From assembly GCA_965112155.1 (NCBI GenBank), contig OZ218109.1: a stretch of 64,000 nt of DNA; one strand, given 5' to 3'. This stretch comes from Podarcis liolepis. Taxonomy: Eukaryota. Shown here piece after piece: positions 40,316-53,239 of this stretch (the first letter of the stretch is position 1; each line of letters starts with the position of its first letter). Position numbers and translations under genes: made by a program. The notes below the pieces were generated by a model. That model had not been told where the DNA came from and did no database searches. It worked only from the letters and a program-made list of their open reading frames with translations.

Positions 40316-40891
40316 AGCCATGAATGGGTTAATACAAACGATTATATTGTGTGAGAATATCTGCTTTGACTTTGTGCATTATATATCTTTACATTATATA
40401 TCCGTTATGCATTTTCATTAGTCGATTACAATATACACGGGGTGTTTAACCCAAATGCATCTGTATAAGCTTAAACTGTTAAATATAGTCTCACTGTACA
40501 TGTGTTTGATACGTGCACTCAGGCGCACGACATATTATTTGCTCTTACTGCGGTCAAATTAGCAGTATTCTTGAAGCAGGCTTCAAGCTGAGAGGGGAAA
40601 ATATCAATCTGTACAGAACTGGCATGATAATACTAATACTAATACTAATAGTTATAGACGGAGAACTTTACCATTGCAGTTATTGACTTTTAAGAGTATT
40701 AAATATGGAAACACGAAATACTGAAGCATTAAGGTATTCCTTTTAGAAGTGGGGACATATATAACATCGCCTTTTGTTAATATCAAATCAGGAGTTTCAA
40801 AACCGCATATGCTGCTCCGAGGAAGTCGACATTTTAGAATTTTTTCCATTGGCTTCATGGCGGAAATCGCCCTTGTTTTCGTGGAACAACA

Positions 40892-40905
40892 CTGCCATCT
40901 GCTGT
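40892..40905 (-). promoter_or_regulatory. Candidate CTCF site, HOXA7|9 boundary
   Basis: ACAGCAGATGGCAG matches the consensus at 13/14, with an upstream TGCGGT-like module, between HOXA7 and HOXA9. Confidence 0.75.
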
Positions 40906-42294
40906 TCCGTCCTGGTAACCGCAAGCAATAAAATAGGTGCAGGAATCTGGCGAACGTGTAAACATAGCTGATATCTACCCCTGCAAACGCTTCGGTAATC
41001 TACTTTGCCATGCAGTAGCAATTATAGAAAAGGTTCCAGCGGTATATTCATTAAAGATAAACGTTCACCTTACAGCCTACATTTCAGAGGGGAAAGGGCT
41101 AATAAAAACGAGCTATTTCCGCAGAGCCGCTTTATCTAAAACAGCCAGACAAAACAAATGAAAGGGCTTTTGTAGAAAATCTTAATTGTGGCTGGACAGT
41201 TGTAAACTCATTAAGGGCCGAATTCCAGACAGTTTGCAGACCTGCCATTTATTACGCACTTCCAATGCGGATTCTTTGAAGTCCCCACTGTCTGCAACAA
41301 CAGAGGGCGTCGCAACATCCCAAACCACTGGGACAGGCATTAATTAGAACTCCCCCCCCCCTTGTTTTTGCAGACAAGAACTGTTTCGCTTTGTGTTAAT
41401 TTAATGCAATTTACCAGAGATTTCTTTATTTTAAAAAATTAAAATTAAAAAGGCCAACAAAACTCCAAGTGATTTCCCCTGCTTCTCTAAACCTTCGAAC
41501 ATTTTCAAAGCCTGAGACACTGAAGGTTCTTGCCTTCAGCCCTGCAGCATTTTACACCCCATAAACGGTTACAGCCGTCATTTTCTTTTATGGCACACTA
41601 TGGCTCTGAATTTTCTTAACAGCTTCTTCAGCTAAGACTTGTTAGCTGGAAGTGTGCGGGCTTGTTTGTGCCTTTAAAATAAACTCTTCTGCAATGAGCT
41701 ACAGAGGAGTCCCTGTTTGGTCTTGTGCACAACTCTGCTCTAACTGGTATATTTTTTTATGGGGGAGGATAATAATTTCAGAGCGGAGAGCCGAGCCTGC
41801 CCGAGGCACGCCTAAACTCCCAACGCGTCAGAATTCCTTTTTTTCTTCATGCGTTTGGACTGCCCACCCCCACTCCATCGCCTGCATGTATTCGTTAAAG
41901 TGTTGGTTAATCTCCATCACCAACACCCCTTTGCCAACCAGCCCGATTTTCTAACCTGAACTTTATAAACAACGACCAAAAAACCTTTCTAGCGTCCCTT
42001 GTTGCCCGATAAGCCTCCATCTTTGGCTGCGTCAAATGCGGTGTGTTGATTTCGCGGGCGAGAATGCACGGAGGACACAGAAAGCAGCTGGAATGGGTTT
42101 TACATTGGGAATGCTTTCTCTATGAAGAGACATGGATGAAATTTCATACTCTATGGATTATTTGCTTCTGGAAGCCAAGCTGTTTTTTTTAAAAAAAATG
42201 AGAGTTGAAAGGGGGGCGGGTACTGACTAGATTATTCCTGCAAAAGGTCACCGAAATTTTGTCCTGCTGCTTTGGTTTATGTTTATCAATTCCA

Positions 42295-42300
<6 letters not shown>

Positions 42301-42366
<66 letters not shown>
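42301..42366. repeat. (ATT)22 microsatellite
   Basis: Direct read. Confidence 0.95.
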
Positions 42367-42724
42367 TCACAGCATCTTAACTAATTAAAGACACCCACAC
42401 TAGTTACTATCCTTAGTTTCCAGTTCAGGGTTCTTTGCAATCGTTGGGTAGCCTGGGCGCAACGTGCCTGGCCGAGTTACTCCACTGTCTTCTTCTCCCA
42501 GATTCCACTCGCGTTTTCGTTTGGGAGAAGGATTTGCCATGTGAACCATAACTGCTTGGAAGTTAAGTTCCATCAAAATGAGTGGGTCTTCCTTTTGAGT
42601 AACCGTGTTAAAGGACCAGTGTTAGGATTTTGATTGCTCTCCAAAGGTAAAGATGGGCAGGTTTTGCCTTCTTAATAATCTTAAAAACAGCACAATATAT
42701 TTTTTTAAAAGAATCAATATATAT

Positions 42725-42730
42725 TTTATT
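42725..42730 (-). terminator. Candidate poly(A) signal for HOXA9
   Basis: AATAAA about 1.3 kb after the stop codon, at the end of an AT-rich UTR-like block. Confidence 0.5.
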
Positions 42731-42984
42731 TAGCAAAAAGTTAAATATCATTCTGGACACAACTATTTGGTCAGTAGGCCATGAGGTAACTATTGCAAAA
42801 TATACAGTGTAGCTTCTGCATAAACATAAAGTCCAGGACTTTTTATTTTTTATGTTAATAATCGATACAAATCTACAATAACCAAAAGGTAGGTTTTTTT
42901 AGAGTGTATAATTTATTATCAATAAAATTAAACTTCATTACAATAAGAATCAATTAAATTCGATTAAACTCAAAACGTAAACCA

Positions 42985-43599
42985 TAGGTAGTTACCTTCT
43001 TTTTCACATATAGGTATAGCTCCGTTATCTCAAAATTGCTCACGGGTGCAAAAACAAGATCCAAGCTAGCCTGATTATTAAGGGTTTCTTTCTTTAATAT
43101 ATAGATTATGATATATACAACTGACGAAGACTGTACTATATATATATAGATAGATAGATCGATCAGGTGTGCATACGAAAATGACTTGCTTCAAAAGAAC
43201 TGGGGGGTCCACAAGTCCTTGGCTATCCCAGATCATGCCCCCCACTTTTGTGTTTAAAAGCTGGGATAGAAAGAGAGCGAACGAATTGGTTCCCCCCGGT
43301 ACAATCCAAGGTTCACTGTCTAATAATGATACAGAAAAAAGGACTCCTTACACTACCGAGCTATACTCTATGCAACCTTTATAATAAACAACCTGAGTTC
43401 AAATTGAATCCTAGCTTACACAATCACATCTGGTACAGCACCCAAGCACAAAAAATTGAGTCACAAATATAATTACCACAATAAAACACAGTGTTCAAGT
43501 ATTAGAGCAGACCTCTCTCTGCCGCGCAAAGAGCAAATAAAATTAACTACGTCGACTAACCTATACAGTCTGTAAAGAATTGTGCATTAAAAAGGTAGT
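42985..43599 (-). promoter_or_regulatory. Two miR-196 seed-match sites in the HOXA9 3'UTR
   Basis: An 8-mer at 42985-42992 and a 7-mer at 43593-43599; pairing at the second extends over miRNA nt 2-11. Both lie upstream of the AATAAA at 42725-42730. Confidence 0.7.
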
Positions 43600-44012
43600 T
43601 TCTTTCTTTCTTTCTTTTTTTCTTTCTTTCTTTCGTGAAGGACAGGTAGATTTAGACAAGCCAACAGATCAGCCTTCCGAGTTTAATGCCCCCCTTTCCT
43701 TTCCTATGATTAGAAAATGATAAATCTGGGTACCTCCATAATAGCACCGGAGCACAGCCATATCTCCCTGCACGCTGGCGAGATACATTCAAGAGCTGAA
43801 TTGGCCAAGGACAAAACAACAGCAACAACCCCAGGGGGGTGGGAAACCCCAAATAATATTAATAATAATAATAATAATAATAACAACAACACATGAGGCC
43901 TGGACACAGTCTCGGGGTATGCTGGGAACAGAAGAGGGGAGGATTGTGTTGCGTTGCGCTGGAAGGGGAGATTTTTGCTGTTTGAAACGTGATTAAACCT
44001 GGAAGCCGAGCA

Positions 44013-44251
44013 TCATTCATCCTTCGCTCGGTCTTTGTTGATTTTCTTCATTTTCATCCTCCGGTTCTGAAACCAGATTTTCACTTGTCTCTCGGTTAAA
44101 TTCAGGAGCCGGGCCACTTCGTACCGTCGGTCCCTGGTGAGATACATGTTGAACAAAAACTCTTTCTCCAGTTCCAGCGTCTGGTGCTTGGTGTAAGGGC
44201 ACCGTTTTTTCCGAGTGGATCTCGCGTGCAACCAATTCGCGGCCGGGTTGT
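44013..44251 (-). CDS. HOXA9: Hox-A9 coding exon 2 (homeodomain)
   Basis: Encodes (N)[78 protein letters not shown] then TGA. Confidence 0.98.
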
Positions 44252-45643
44252 CTGCAAGGAAAACGACGCCAAAGAGGGTTAAGTTGGCGAAGGACAGAAC
44301 CCCGCACCAACACCCCCCCCCCGGTACTGCTATTATGACTGCATCTCCACCCCATAGGCACACAAACAGCACCTCCTCCCACCCCCCACCCCCCAAGCCA
44401 CCACCTTCCTTTTGAAGAGCATGGATGCCCTGATATTGGTGGTTTACGACATTCCTTTCCTTTGGACAGACATACAGGATGGGGTCAGACACAATGGACT
44501 CCAAACTGAGACACATGGAAAAGGTCACGTAGAATTACGCGTAGTAAAAAAAGAAAAAGAAAAAGGGAGGGGGGAACCCCACTGGCCACCGCCTCACTTC
44601 TTCATAGTGTTTATATAGGGTGTGATTTCAAAGCCTGGCTTTGCTGCTTAGCCTCCTCTCAGCCAAGCCCCCTGATTTCTCTCTGTCCTCTCCCCCTCCG
44701 GGAAAAAAAATATAGGACCGGTGCACAACCCCTGAGAATAAGTGTCTTACGGAAAATGTTTCACTTTCCAGTTCTGACCTTCTATTATATAACCACTGGA
44801 CGCTTTCAAGGAGATAAGGGAACACACCCACCCGGCCCTCTCTTCGGGCGAAGCCTGGCTTGCTTAGGTAGGAAAACACCCACTCACACATTTGCATTTG
44901 GCATTATTTGCCGTGCCTGCACTATTGATCCGCTAGCTCAGTTCTAAAGGCAAGCGAAGGTGTTAGCAACAAGCAAAGGATTGGAATAAACAGTCGCCAA
45001 AGAGAGTGCTAAAATGAAGTTAGAGAAAACACACACACACACATGCACAGTTGTCGTTCTTGGCTTTCCTAGCTCAGTCGTCACAAAGGGATCAGATTCA
45101 CATCCAATGTTTTGTTTTTCCTCGCCTCTCCCAAGTAACTTGGGTTGTGCGCGACCACCACCCTCTCACGCCGCCCCCCCTTACACCGCCCGGCTCTCTC
45201 CTCCCATCCCCCCCCCCAATGTGGCTTTGTAGCTGAAGCGTGCGCCCAGGAAAACACGCTGGTGACGCGCCCCTGCACACTGTTGCGACAGGGAGGTCAT
45301 GCTGGACTTTGCTGGCACCTTGACGCTGAGAAACACACACAGACCTAGCTGGCTGCATAGACCTACAAAGCCTACAAAGACTGTGGCACCAAATATATAC
45401 ATACACGCGTATATGCATGCGCAACCATCTTCCCGTTTTACGCACACAATTCTACACACAGAGAGATAGAGAGAAGCTCAGTGGTGCCGCTGGACGTTCT
45501 TCTATGACCACAGAAGCCCCCACCCAGTCACCCACCCAGCAGCCATTGCCGCATAGCTCGCGGTAGACGGTGGCTCTCGACACCCAGCCCCCTACCCACC
45601 CGCCCACCCTCCTCCCGCCCAAGCCCAGGCGGATGGCACTTAC

Positions 45644-46190
45644 TTGGGTCGATCTGGGGCTTGTCTCCGTTCGCCTCGCTCTCGCCATTGTTTTCCGAGA
45701 ACGCGCCGTCGTTGCCTTGCTTATCCCTATCAGCTGGAGGAGAACCACAAGCATAGTCAGTCAGAGAGAGCGCGTGCGTGTCAAAGGTGGTACAGTCACC
45801 CCTCCTGGCCGTGAGCGGTTCAGGTTTAATGCCGTAATGCCTGCTGGCCGGCAAGCCCGGGAAAGACAAGGAGCCCGGCATGGGCTCCAGCCACGAGCGC
45901 ATGTACCTGCCGTCGGGCGCTGCCATTGGTGCCTGGTGATGCACGTACGGGTGGTACACGGTGGGCACATTGTTAGCGCTCGGCGGGTGCACGGCGTTCC
46001 AGGAAGTGCTGAAGACGGAGGTTTTCGACTGAAAGCTGCACGGGGTGAACTCGGGGTGGTCTCCAAGGGTCGCCTGCCTGGCCGGCTGACCTAGAGAAGC
46101 CGAGCCATAGCGGGACTGCACCAGCTCCTCGCTGTCGTGGATGAGGAAAGAGTCCACGTAGTAGTTGCTGAGCGTCCCCGAAGAAGACAT
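45644..46190 (-). CDS. HOXA9: Homeobox protein Hox-A9, coding exon 1 (joined CDS 261 aa; an extra in-frame ATG at 46196)
   Basis: MSSSGTLSNYYVDSFL...APDGRYMRSWLEP...YGIKPEP...DKPQIDP. Donor A|GTAAGT; 547 nt, phase 1. Confidence 0.96.
45734..45906 (-). other. 173-nt cryptic intron inside HOXA9 exon 1 (HOXA9T-type alternative splice)
   Basis: Donor GCAG|GTACAT, branch-like CTGAC and acceptor TCTCCTCCAG|. The length is exactly 173 nt, as in the known HOXA9T isoform. Confidence 0.85.
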
Positions 46191-46329
46191 AGCCATCCAA
46201 GCCAAGCCCCAGCCCCAGTGCAAAAAAAGGAGAGGCAAGACCTGGCGAAATTATGAAACTGCAGATTTCATGTAACAACTTGGTCCTCACGAAGAAGTAC
46301 AGTCACCTAATAAGTTGAAGGCTGCCTGT

Positions 46330-46465
46330 CAGCCCATTGGCTGCCTCGCGTCACATGGCCGGGCAGCAGAACAATAAAGTATAAATCAGTCCGCAGGCTA
46401 TTAATGGGTCAGTGTTTTCCCGTCATCATTTTTATAGCAAAGCCATATGTTTTTATGCAAAGGGA
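46330..46465 (-). promoter_or_regulatory. HOXA9 proximal promoter
   Basis: CCAAT box (46336-46340), E-box CACATG (46352-46357) and TTTTTAT/ATAAA Cdx-type motifs, 140-270 bp upstream of the ATG. Confidence 0.6.
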
Positions 46466-49030
46466 TAGACGACTTGTAAGGCAATATTTGTTTTAATTGT
46501 GGCTGATCGAGATTAAAAGATCAGAATTTTGGGTATGGCCACCTTTCTAAAGCGGACTATTTTATATCATAATTAATCATCCCATCAATGGTCCGTGTTC
46601 CTTGCAAAAAAAAAAAAAAAAAAAGCCAAGTCTCTCTCTCTCACACACACACACACACATACACACACACATACTCACTCACTCACGCTCACACACACAC
46701 AAAGACAGGCTACCCTCCTTGTGATCGGAGACCTTCACATAAAATTATACAATAATTGAAGCAATAAAAAAGCAAAATAACATTGGCGGCATACTGTATT
46801 TAAATATATATTTATTATATTTCATAAGGAGTTATTGTTTCGGGAGCCACGGGGTTGTTATTAAGTCAGTAACTACGAGCATATTCATTTGCATCGCTGT
46901 GTTTCACAGCAGTAAAAATTTACGAGTGCCTGGAAAGGTTAAATTATACTATTGTGTTTAGTTTGGGAACTCACTGTAAATAATACTGTGCCGTTGAGTT
47001 CAGAGCTAACTGGGGCTGGCAGGGAAAAGTCAAATCCAACACGATTCCCCTTTCCAAAAGGGAATCTGCCCACCGCCGAACAGAGCAGGAGGATAACTGG
47101 GGCTGGGGGAGAGAGATCTCAAATCGATATCGAAATTTGCATCTTTATCTGCACCTCCGATCTAAGAGTCCTCGGACCCACAGCCAGGAATCCCTCACTG
47201 TGGAATCGGACCCACAACTAGGAATCCAAAACACCCACCTCCTGGCTCCTCAGTAATCTCTTTCTCTTCTCTCTCCCTCCCCTCGCCCCCAGCACAGCCC
47301 CCGAAATAATTCCAGCAGCAGAATAAGGCAAGGAACCGCAGACACATTTAAATTCTGCCACAAATACTAGCTTAACGTGCAGGTGTGGGAGACAATTACC
47401 CTTCTTGCTGTTTTTCTTTTAAATAATATTGTGACATTTTATCAAGAAGTTGTTTGATGCCCTGTTCTTTGATGCAGGTTTGACAACTAGATAACCTTTA
47501 TATTTTATTTTATTTTATTTTATTTTGGTAAAAGGAAGAGACCAAGTCAAGAGGAGGAATGCAGAAGAGAACTTTTATGCGGGAGAAAAACTGAGCGGAC
47601 ACATCCCCCTCGATCAAGTTGACTGCAGCGGGATCCACGGCCACTGGGCATTTTATCCCTTCTGTCTCTCTCTCTCTCTCTCTCTCTGAAGTGTAACTAC
47701 ACATTCTGTCAAGAACCGGATAAAGCACAGCTATGTTGGAGACTGTGAGTGTGTGAGACTGTGTGTCTNNNNNNNNNNNNNNNNNNNNNNNNNNNNNNNN
47801 NNNNNNNNNNNNNNNNNNNNNNNNNNNNNNNNNNNNNNNNNNNNNNNNNNNNNNNNNNNNNNNNNNNNNNNNNNNNNNNNNNNNNNNNNNNNNNNNNNNN
47901 NNNNNAAGCATGCATGAAAGCAAAATAGGAGCAAAAATCCTGTCTGTCGCCTGCCTTTAAAGGGGCACCCTCTTTCGCCCTTGCATTTTTATGCAGTATC
48001 CCCGCTGGCGGATCGCATTCCCGAGCCGTCGGATTTGAGGTGCAAATAGTTATTTACTCTCTGGCACGTTCTTATATGGCTTCTGTAAGCGGCGGAGGGT
48101 TACCGCCGTCTAGGAAAAACAAGGAGAAGGTGATACGGTCTCAGATCAAGTCCAGTGTTGTGGATTAAAGTTATGACTAAATGGTGGATTGTCGGTGACA
48201 TTTGCATTCATTGTCTTTCTCCGGAGGATTCCTAAACGTCTTCCCCCCCCTATTTATTTATTTCTCTTTCTTTCTTTCTTTTTTTCTTTCTTTCTTTGGA
48301 AAGAAATGCTGTGTTCTGCTACTGGGAGGATGGGGAAGAGAATAAGGATCTCTGTATTTTTATTTTATTATTTTATTTTTTTTAACTCTTCGTCAGGCTA
48401 GAGACGGGGCAAATAGCAAGGAAACCGCGTGCTAATGAAATTCGTCTGTGAATATTGTGAGCGCAAAAAGTGTGGTTCTCATTAGCTTTACATCACGTCA
48501 GCGTTCTTTTCCCCTTTCATACTTCTCCAATAGCTGAGTCTTGAGAAAAACTTAAATTAGCAGTCAGTTCTCTTTTTTTGACATAAGGTCCCGAGATTAC
48601 AAGAAACAATTAATATTTCACAGATCCTCAGCAGAAACAATTTCGCAGGGGCGTTGCTGGAAATCTCTTCCCATGCCTCAACAAAGCCATTTCTTAAAAA
48701 AAAAAAAAAGTAGACAAATGTCTTCCTATGTAATTACAGCTAAAGTATGTGATCGCCTTAGTGCGATATCCTCAACAGGAGAGAGGAGGAAAATATTATT
48801 ATTAGTCGGTTTCTCTCCTGGAAAGACGGAAGTCTTACGTCATTTTTGTTTAAAATCGAGAGTCAGCTGTTGTGAAATATGCTGGCAGAACTTCCTTCCT
48901 CCTCGAAGGAGAAAAATAATCTTAACAGCAGGATTCCTAAATGTTTTTATGACTTTTTGGGGTTTCGGAGGCGGTAGTGACTTTTCATTCCGGATTAAGC
49001 CTTTGAGAGTGGGAAACAACGGGAATGATC

Positions 49031-49190
49031 CAGCTGCAATCCCCGGCACGTACTACAGAGTAAGTCCCATTAAAGCTGAGTGGGACTTACTTCTGGGTAA
49101 AATTGCAGTCTAAGACTGCAGTCTCTTTACCCAGTTACCTAGAAGCGCCATTGAACTCAGTGGGACTTACTTTTGAGTAGACATGTAGAA
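49031..49190. mobile_element. Two tandem copies of a short palindromic MITE-like repeat
   Basis: Perfect 11-bp inverted repeat AGTAAGTCCCA (49059-49069) / TGGGACTTACT (49081-49091). A second copy follows, and the same core recurs across the window. Confidence 0.7.
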
Positions 49191-49780
49191 ATTTGAAATG
49201 TAAGGCTCGCGTTACAATAAAGGGATAAACATTTCAGAGTTCCCTTAAAAAAGCTGGCTGCTGAACCATTAAAATTAAAGAATTTAAAGATGATTTGTTA
49301 CATTCACCTTCGAAATGATAGAAAAGGATAAATACAAAGTACTTCGCCATTTTCTTCATTTGGTGCACATATTGTATTTTCAGTATCAACAGGAATCTTT
49401 TTTTAATAGCTCGGCTTTGTAGCACCTATAGCTGACTTCCATTTAGCGACAAATAATATGAAAATGGAGAAAGCCTCCTCATTAGCCGAATTCCTGCTTA
49501 CTTTGAACTGTTAATTAGCTCCAATGAAATAGGCTTCGGGTTGGAATAAGGCGGCTACCAGTCTTTGGACATTACCCTGAACACATAAATTTGGGACTTA
49601 CTCCCGAGTAAGTGTGTGCAGAACGGTAGCCGTGACATATAAACAACCCATATACACTGTCTCGCCCATTTCGGGAAATTTTCGCCCAGGTTAAAAATGT
49701 TATACTGATCTCAACAGTATTTATTTCAAGTTAGTGTGCATATATGGTCGCAGCTTCAGAGTTTTAATAACTATATCTGG

Positions 49781-49819
<39 letters not shown>

Positions 49820-50096
49820 TTATTAGGTTTTAACCCTTGAATCTACCTACCAGACAGATCAAAGGAAAAATAAAAACGCCGTTTAAGGGTTATAACTGTG
49901 TGCTCGCACTTTATTTACTTATTTTACACAGAGTCTGAAGTAATCAGTATGTTCCTAAACATATCTAAGCAATATAATTGACTAATGTTTCTCTCTCTCC
50001 TCCCCCCACATATATTCCACCCCCTTCTCCCTCTCATTCATGCAAACATATATATGTGTGTACACACAGAGACATATAGAGATTTCTCTTTTTAAA

Positions 50097-50140
<44 letters not shown>

Positions 50141-50142
50141 AA
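50097..50142. repeat. (GAAA)n microsatellite
   Basis: Direct read. Confidence 0.9.
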
Positions 50143-51162
50143 AGTAGTCCTAATAGGATTTGGATAATATTCTGTAGGAGGTAATGTATTGCGCACTGAT
50201 ATGGAGAATTCCGGGTTCTTGGGTTTGTCTGTTTTGTTGTGTTTTTAGCTTTTAAATAAGCTTTGCTTGAGATAAGTGACCAAACAATCATAGAATGATT
50301 CAGAAGAAGCACAGACTTCATACAGAAGGCTGGCCATGGTAGCTGCTTGCATACAGCAGGGCCTTCTTTCTGTATTCATGTGGTGGGAACATGTACGTCC
50401 TCTAGATCCAAGCCGTAGGCACGTGCATTCGTGCAAACACAGACACATACATAACCACACAATGTCCATATTATAAGCAGCAATGCCCCCGAAGCACTTA
50501 TCGTGTGAACTTGCCATTTAAATTATTCAACCGTGGCAAAGGCTCCCCCCAAAATTGACGGGACGGTGTGTGTTTGTGGGAGGCAGAATTAAACAAATCT
50601 GATTTCTCCAGCCTTTTTAATTGTTCTCTGAAAGGTTCGGAAAGTTGAAGGGTGGAGGAGGGGGAAAAAAAGAATATAAAGGATATTCCCGTGCGTTTCC
50701 CAATACCCACGCACCCGTACCCACCGCAGGACATGGAAGGGAGAGGTCTTGTTCATTTACAATAGCTGTAAACAATGTGTGTATCCGGTGTAAACAAGGC
50801 GCTGCAGCTCCTTCGCCTCTCGCTGGGCTGCTGCGCATAAAAGGCAAAGCGACAGCACAGCGCAGCCTCGAGCCCAAGCGAGGTCGCTGTTGCTTATTCC
50901 CCCTCATTGGAATGCAGGCGCCCGGACACACTCCAATAATGATCGTAACCGAGGCCTTGTGAGCTACGGAGAAATCCTTGGGGTCCCCCCTCCCGAGTTT
51001 TCCTGCCCCCCCGGGCTCCCTCTTTCCGCCCCTTATGCCCTTAGGGTCTGCATTCCCTGCAGACATTGGAAGGACTGTTCTAGCTTCGGGGTGGGGGGAG
51101 AAACAGCGGAGAGAAAACAGTGATTCTGAAGGCCACCACTGTAAGTAAAGGGAGAGCAAGGG

Positions 51163-51163
<1 letters not shown>

Positions 51164-51206
<43 letters not shown>
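51164..51206. repeat. (TG)n microsatellite
   Basis: Direct read. Confidence 0.95.
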
Positions 51207-51210
<4 letters not shown>

Positions 51211-51813
51211 GCAAACGGGCCGGCGGCGAGACCTCATAACACAATATAGCTCAATAAAATATAATGAGATAGAACCAGTAAGCAGGGATGGAAATTGCTA
51301 CCAGATTCTCTCTCTTTACAGCGGAGTAACTGAAACACACCCAATACATAGGGAGGAAAAGACCAGGACAACAGACATTTTTGCGAATAATGCGAATAAT
51401 ATCACCAGCAACAGCAGCAACAATAATCAAAGTATCCATTAATACGGATTAGACAATAAAATCTGGACATTCCTAAACTGGCAGAGTGCACCTGACCTTG
51501 AAGGAAACCTGCATGAGAAAACCCGAAGACAACCGATCCTAGCTAAGCTTGAAGGTCTCCTCCAACAGCGCCTTGAAACATTTCCCCCCTCTTCCAACTT
51601 GGCTGAAATGGATTAATTGAGGCGGCCGGAAAGGCGCGGGGTTTTTCGGCGCGCAGAAGGCAAACCAATGGCATTGGGACTTAACGCCTGCCGAGGAAAG
51701 GTAGCTTGCCAGATTTCTTCGGTAAAAGGCGGTATTATTAGTATTGTATCGCTATTGCTACGGAAGGACTCCGGCGCTTATTCTTATTCTTATTAGACCC
51801 GGTTGATGATTTC

Positions 51814-51903
51814 AAACTGAAGTAATTAAGGCAGTTTCGTGCTGTAGAGAGAGATTGAGATCCAGCCCCAACAACATGAAACTACCTAAACCACCGACCA
51901 GTT
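51814..51903 (-). ncRNA. MIR196B: mir-196 precursor hairpin (HoxA copy, positional ortholog of MIR196B); mature 5p arm at 51867-51888
   Basis: The minus strand reads UAGGUAGUUUCAUGUUGUUGGG with a complementary 3' arm (CUACAGCACGAAACUGCCUUA) and a basal stem. It lies between HOXA10 and HOXA9. Confidence 0.96.
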
Positions 51904-53233
51904 CTCAGGCTCCTAATTAAGAGGGCTCCCCACTGCCGCTTTCCTTAGGAAACAGGATCCCGCTTCGAATAAATATGGAGAGACCAATGCCCAAAAGAAA
52001 CAGATTCCGAGCGGGTGGGGTGGGGAAAGCCCCCTCCCCCAAAAAAAACCGAACAGCAACAAGACCTCACCCTTCCCACCGCTCCCCTCCGCCCTCTCCA
52101 CCAAAGTCTCCATCTCCGTCTACAAACTTTCCACATTCTTGTGTGTTTTTTAAAAAAATGAAGTCCTTTCTCTTCTTCTGGACCCGCCAAATCATTAGAA
52201 ACGCCTTTGTGCCCACTCTGTAGTCACTCCGTTTAATCTTACTCTCCACGTTCCATCATAGTTCTCTAACTTAGCCACGGATCGAATTAGGTATGATGCC
52301 TTTTTAAAATGCAACTTAGAGAAGGGGGCAGCGGGGCCAGGGAGGCCTCGAGAGGCAAGAATCCTTGTATACATAGGCTATCGAAGACGATCAAGATGCG
52401 CGGGTTCAAAGTCTGGAAAAAGAAATGGCTACACAGCCCTTTCAGGCTCCCATCACCACCGCCTCCACTCCCCCCCCCTTCCAATCTCCCCCTCTCTCTT
52501 CCCTCCCCACCCGATCCGCCTTTGTCTGGATTCTGGAGCTGATCAACGTGCAATGATACAGAACCTTAATACCAAAACACTCTCCGCTTCAGCGCATCCG
52601 CAAGCAGGCAGGTAGCGAAGGGAGGAATAAACATGGCGGAAAAGCTGATCGATCAAGGCTCAAGATCCTCGTTCCCACGTGCTCACCTTTTCAGAATCGC
52701 CTTTTTGTGTATGTGGGGGGCATCTAGGTTTTCCTCTGGAGTTGAAAAGAGCTGCTCCGAGCGTCTAAGTAGGGTAGTTTTGTTTGGTTTAAAATAAAAA
52801 TAAAAAATAATAATAATAGTGGATCCTTCCTCGTGAGTTAACCACCGACTTATTTTAATAAAATAATAAATAAATAAAGAGAAGCCCAAGTCCTCTAACT
52901 TCGCAAACAAGCAGCCCTTGGCTTCCTCTGCCTGTGCAGCCCCTCAGTCAACTAAAACCACTCGTCCAAGACAGCAACAATCCAGATATACTAGCAAGTC
53001 ATAAAACTGAACAAAAGCCGACAAACCTTACAGCACCATTGCTATATGGCCCAGACAAATTACGACCGTCTAGGTAATATTTAAATAGATTCCTAAAGTA
53101 ATTGCAGGGGGCTCGGGCAAACTATTCCTGTTGTAAAAGTTCTTGGAGATCTGAAAGTAGGACCATGAGAATAAACAGTCACAAACGAGGTATTTTTTTT
53201 TTTTTAAAAAAGAGGGTGGTTCATTCCATGCCT

Positions 53234-53239
53234 TTTATT
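53234..53239 (-). terminator. Candidate poly(A) signal for HOXA10
   Basis: AATAAA about 1.3 kb after the stop codon, followed by a U-rich segment. Confidence 0.5.

Noticed and set aside
35700-42700. Possible HOXA8 gene or pseudogene
   Set aside because: No homeobox, hexapeptide or MSSYF-type start is recognisable by eye. Two N-blocks cannot be assessed, and a tBLASTn would be needed to exclude a remnant.
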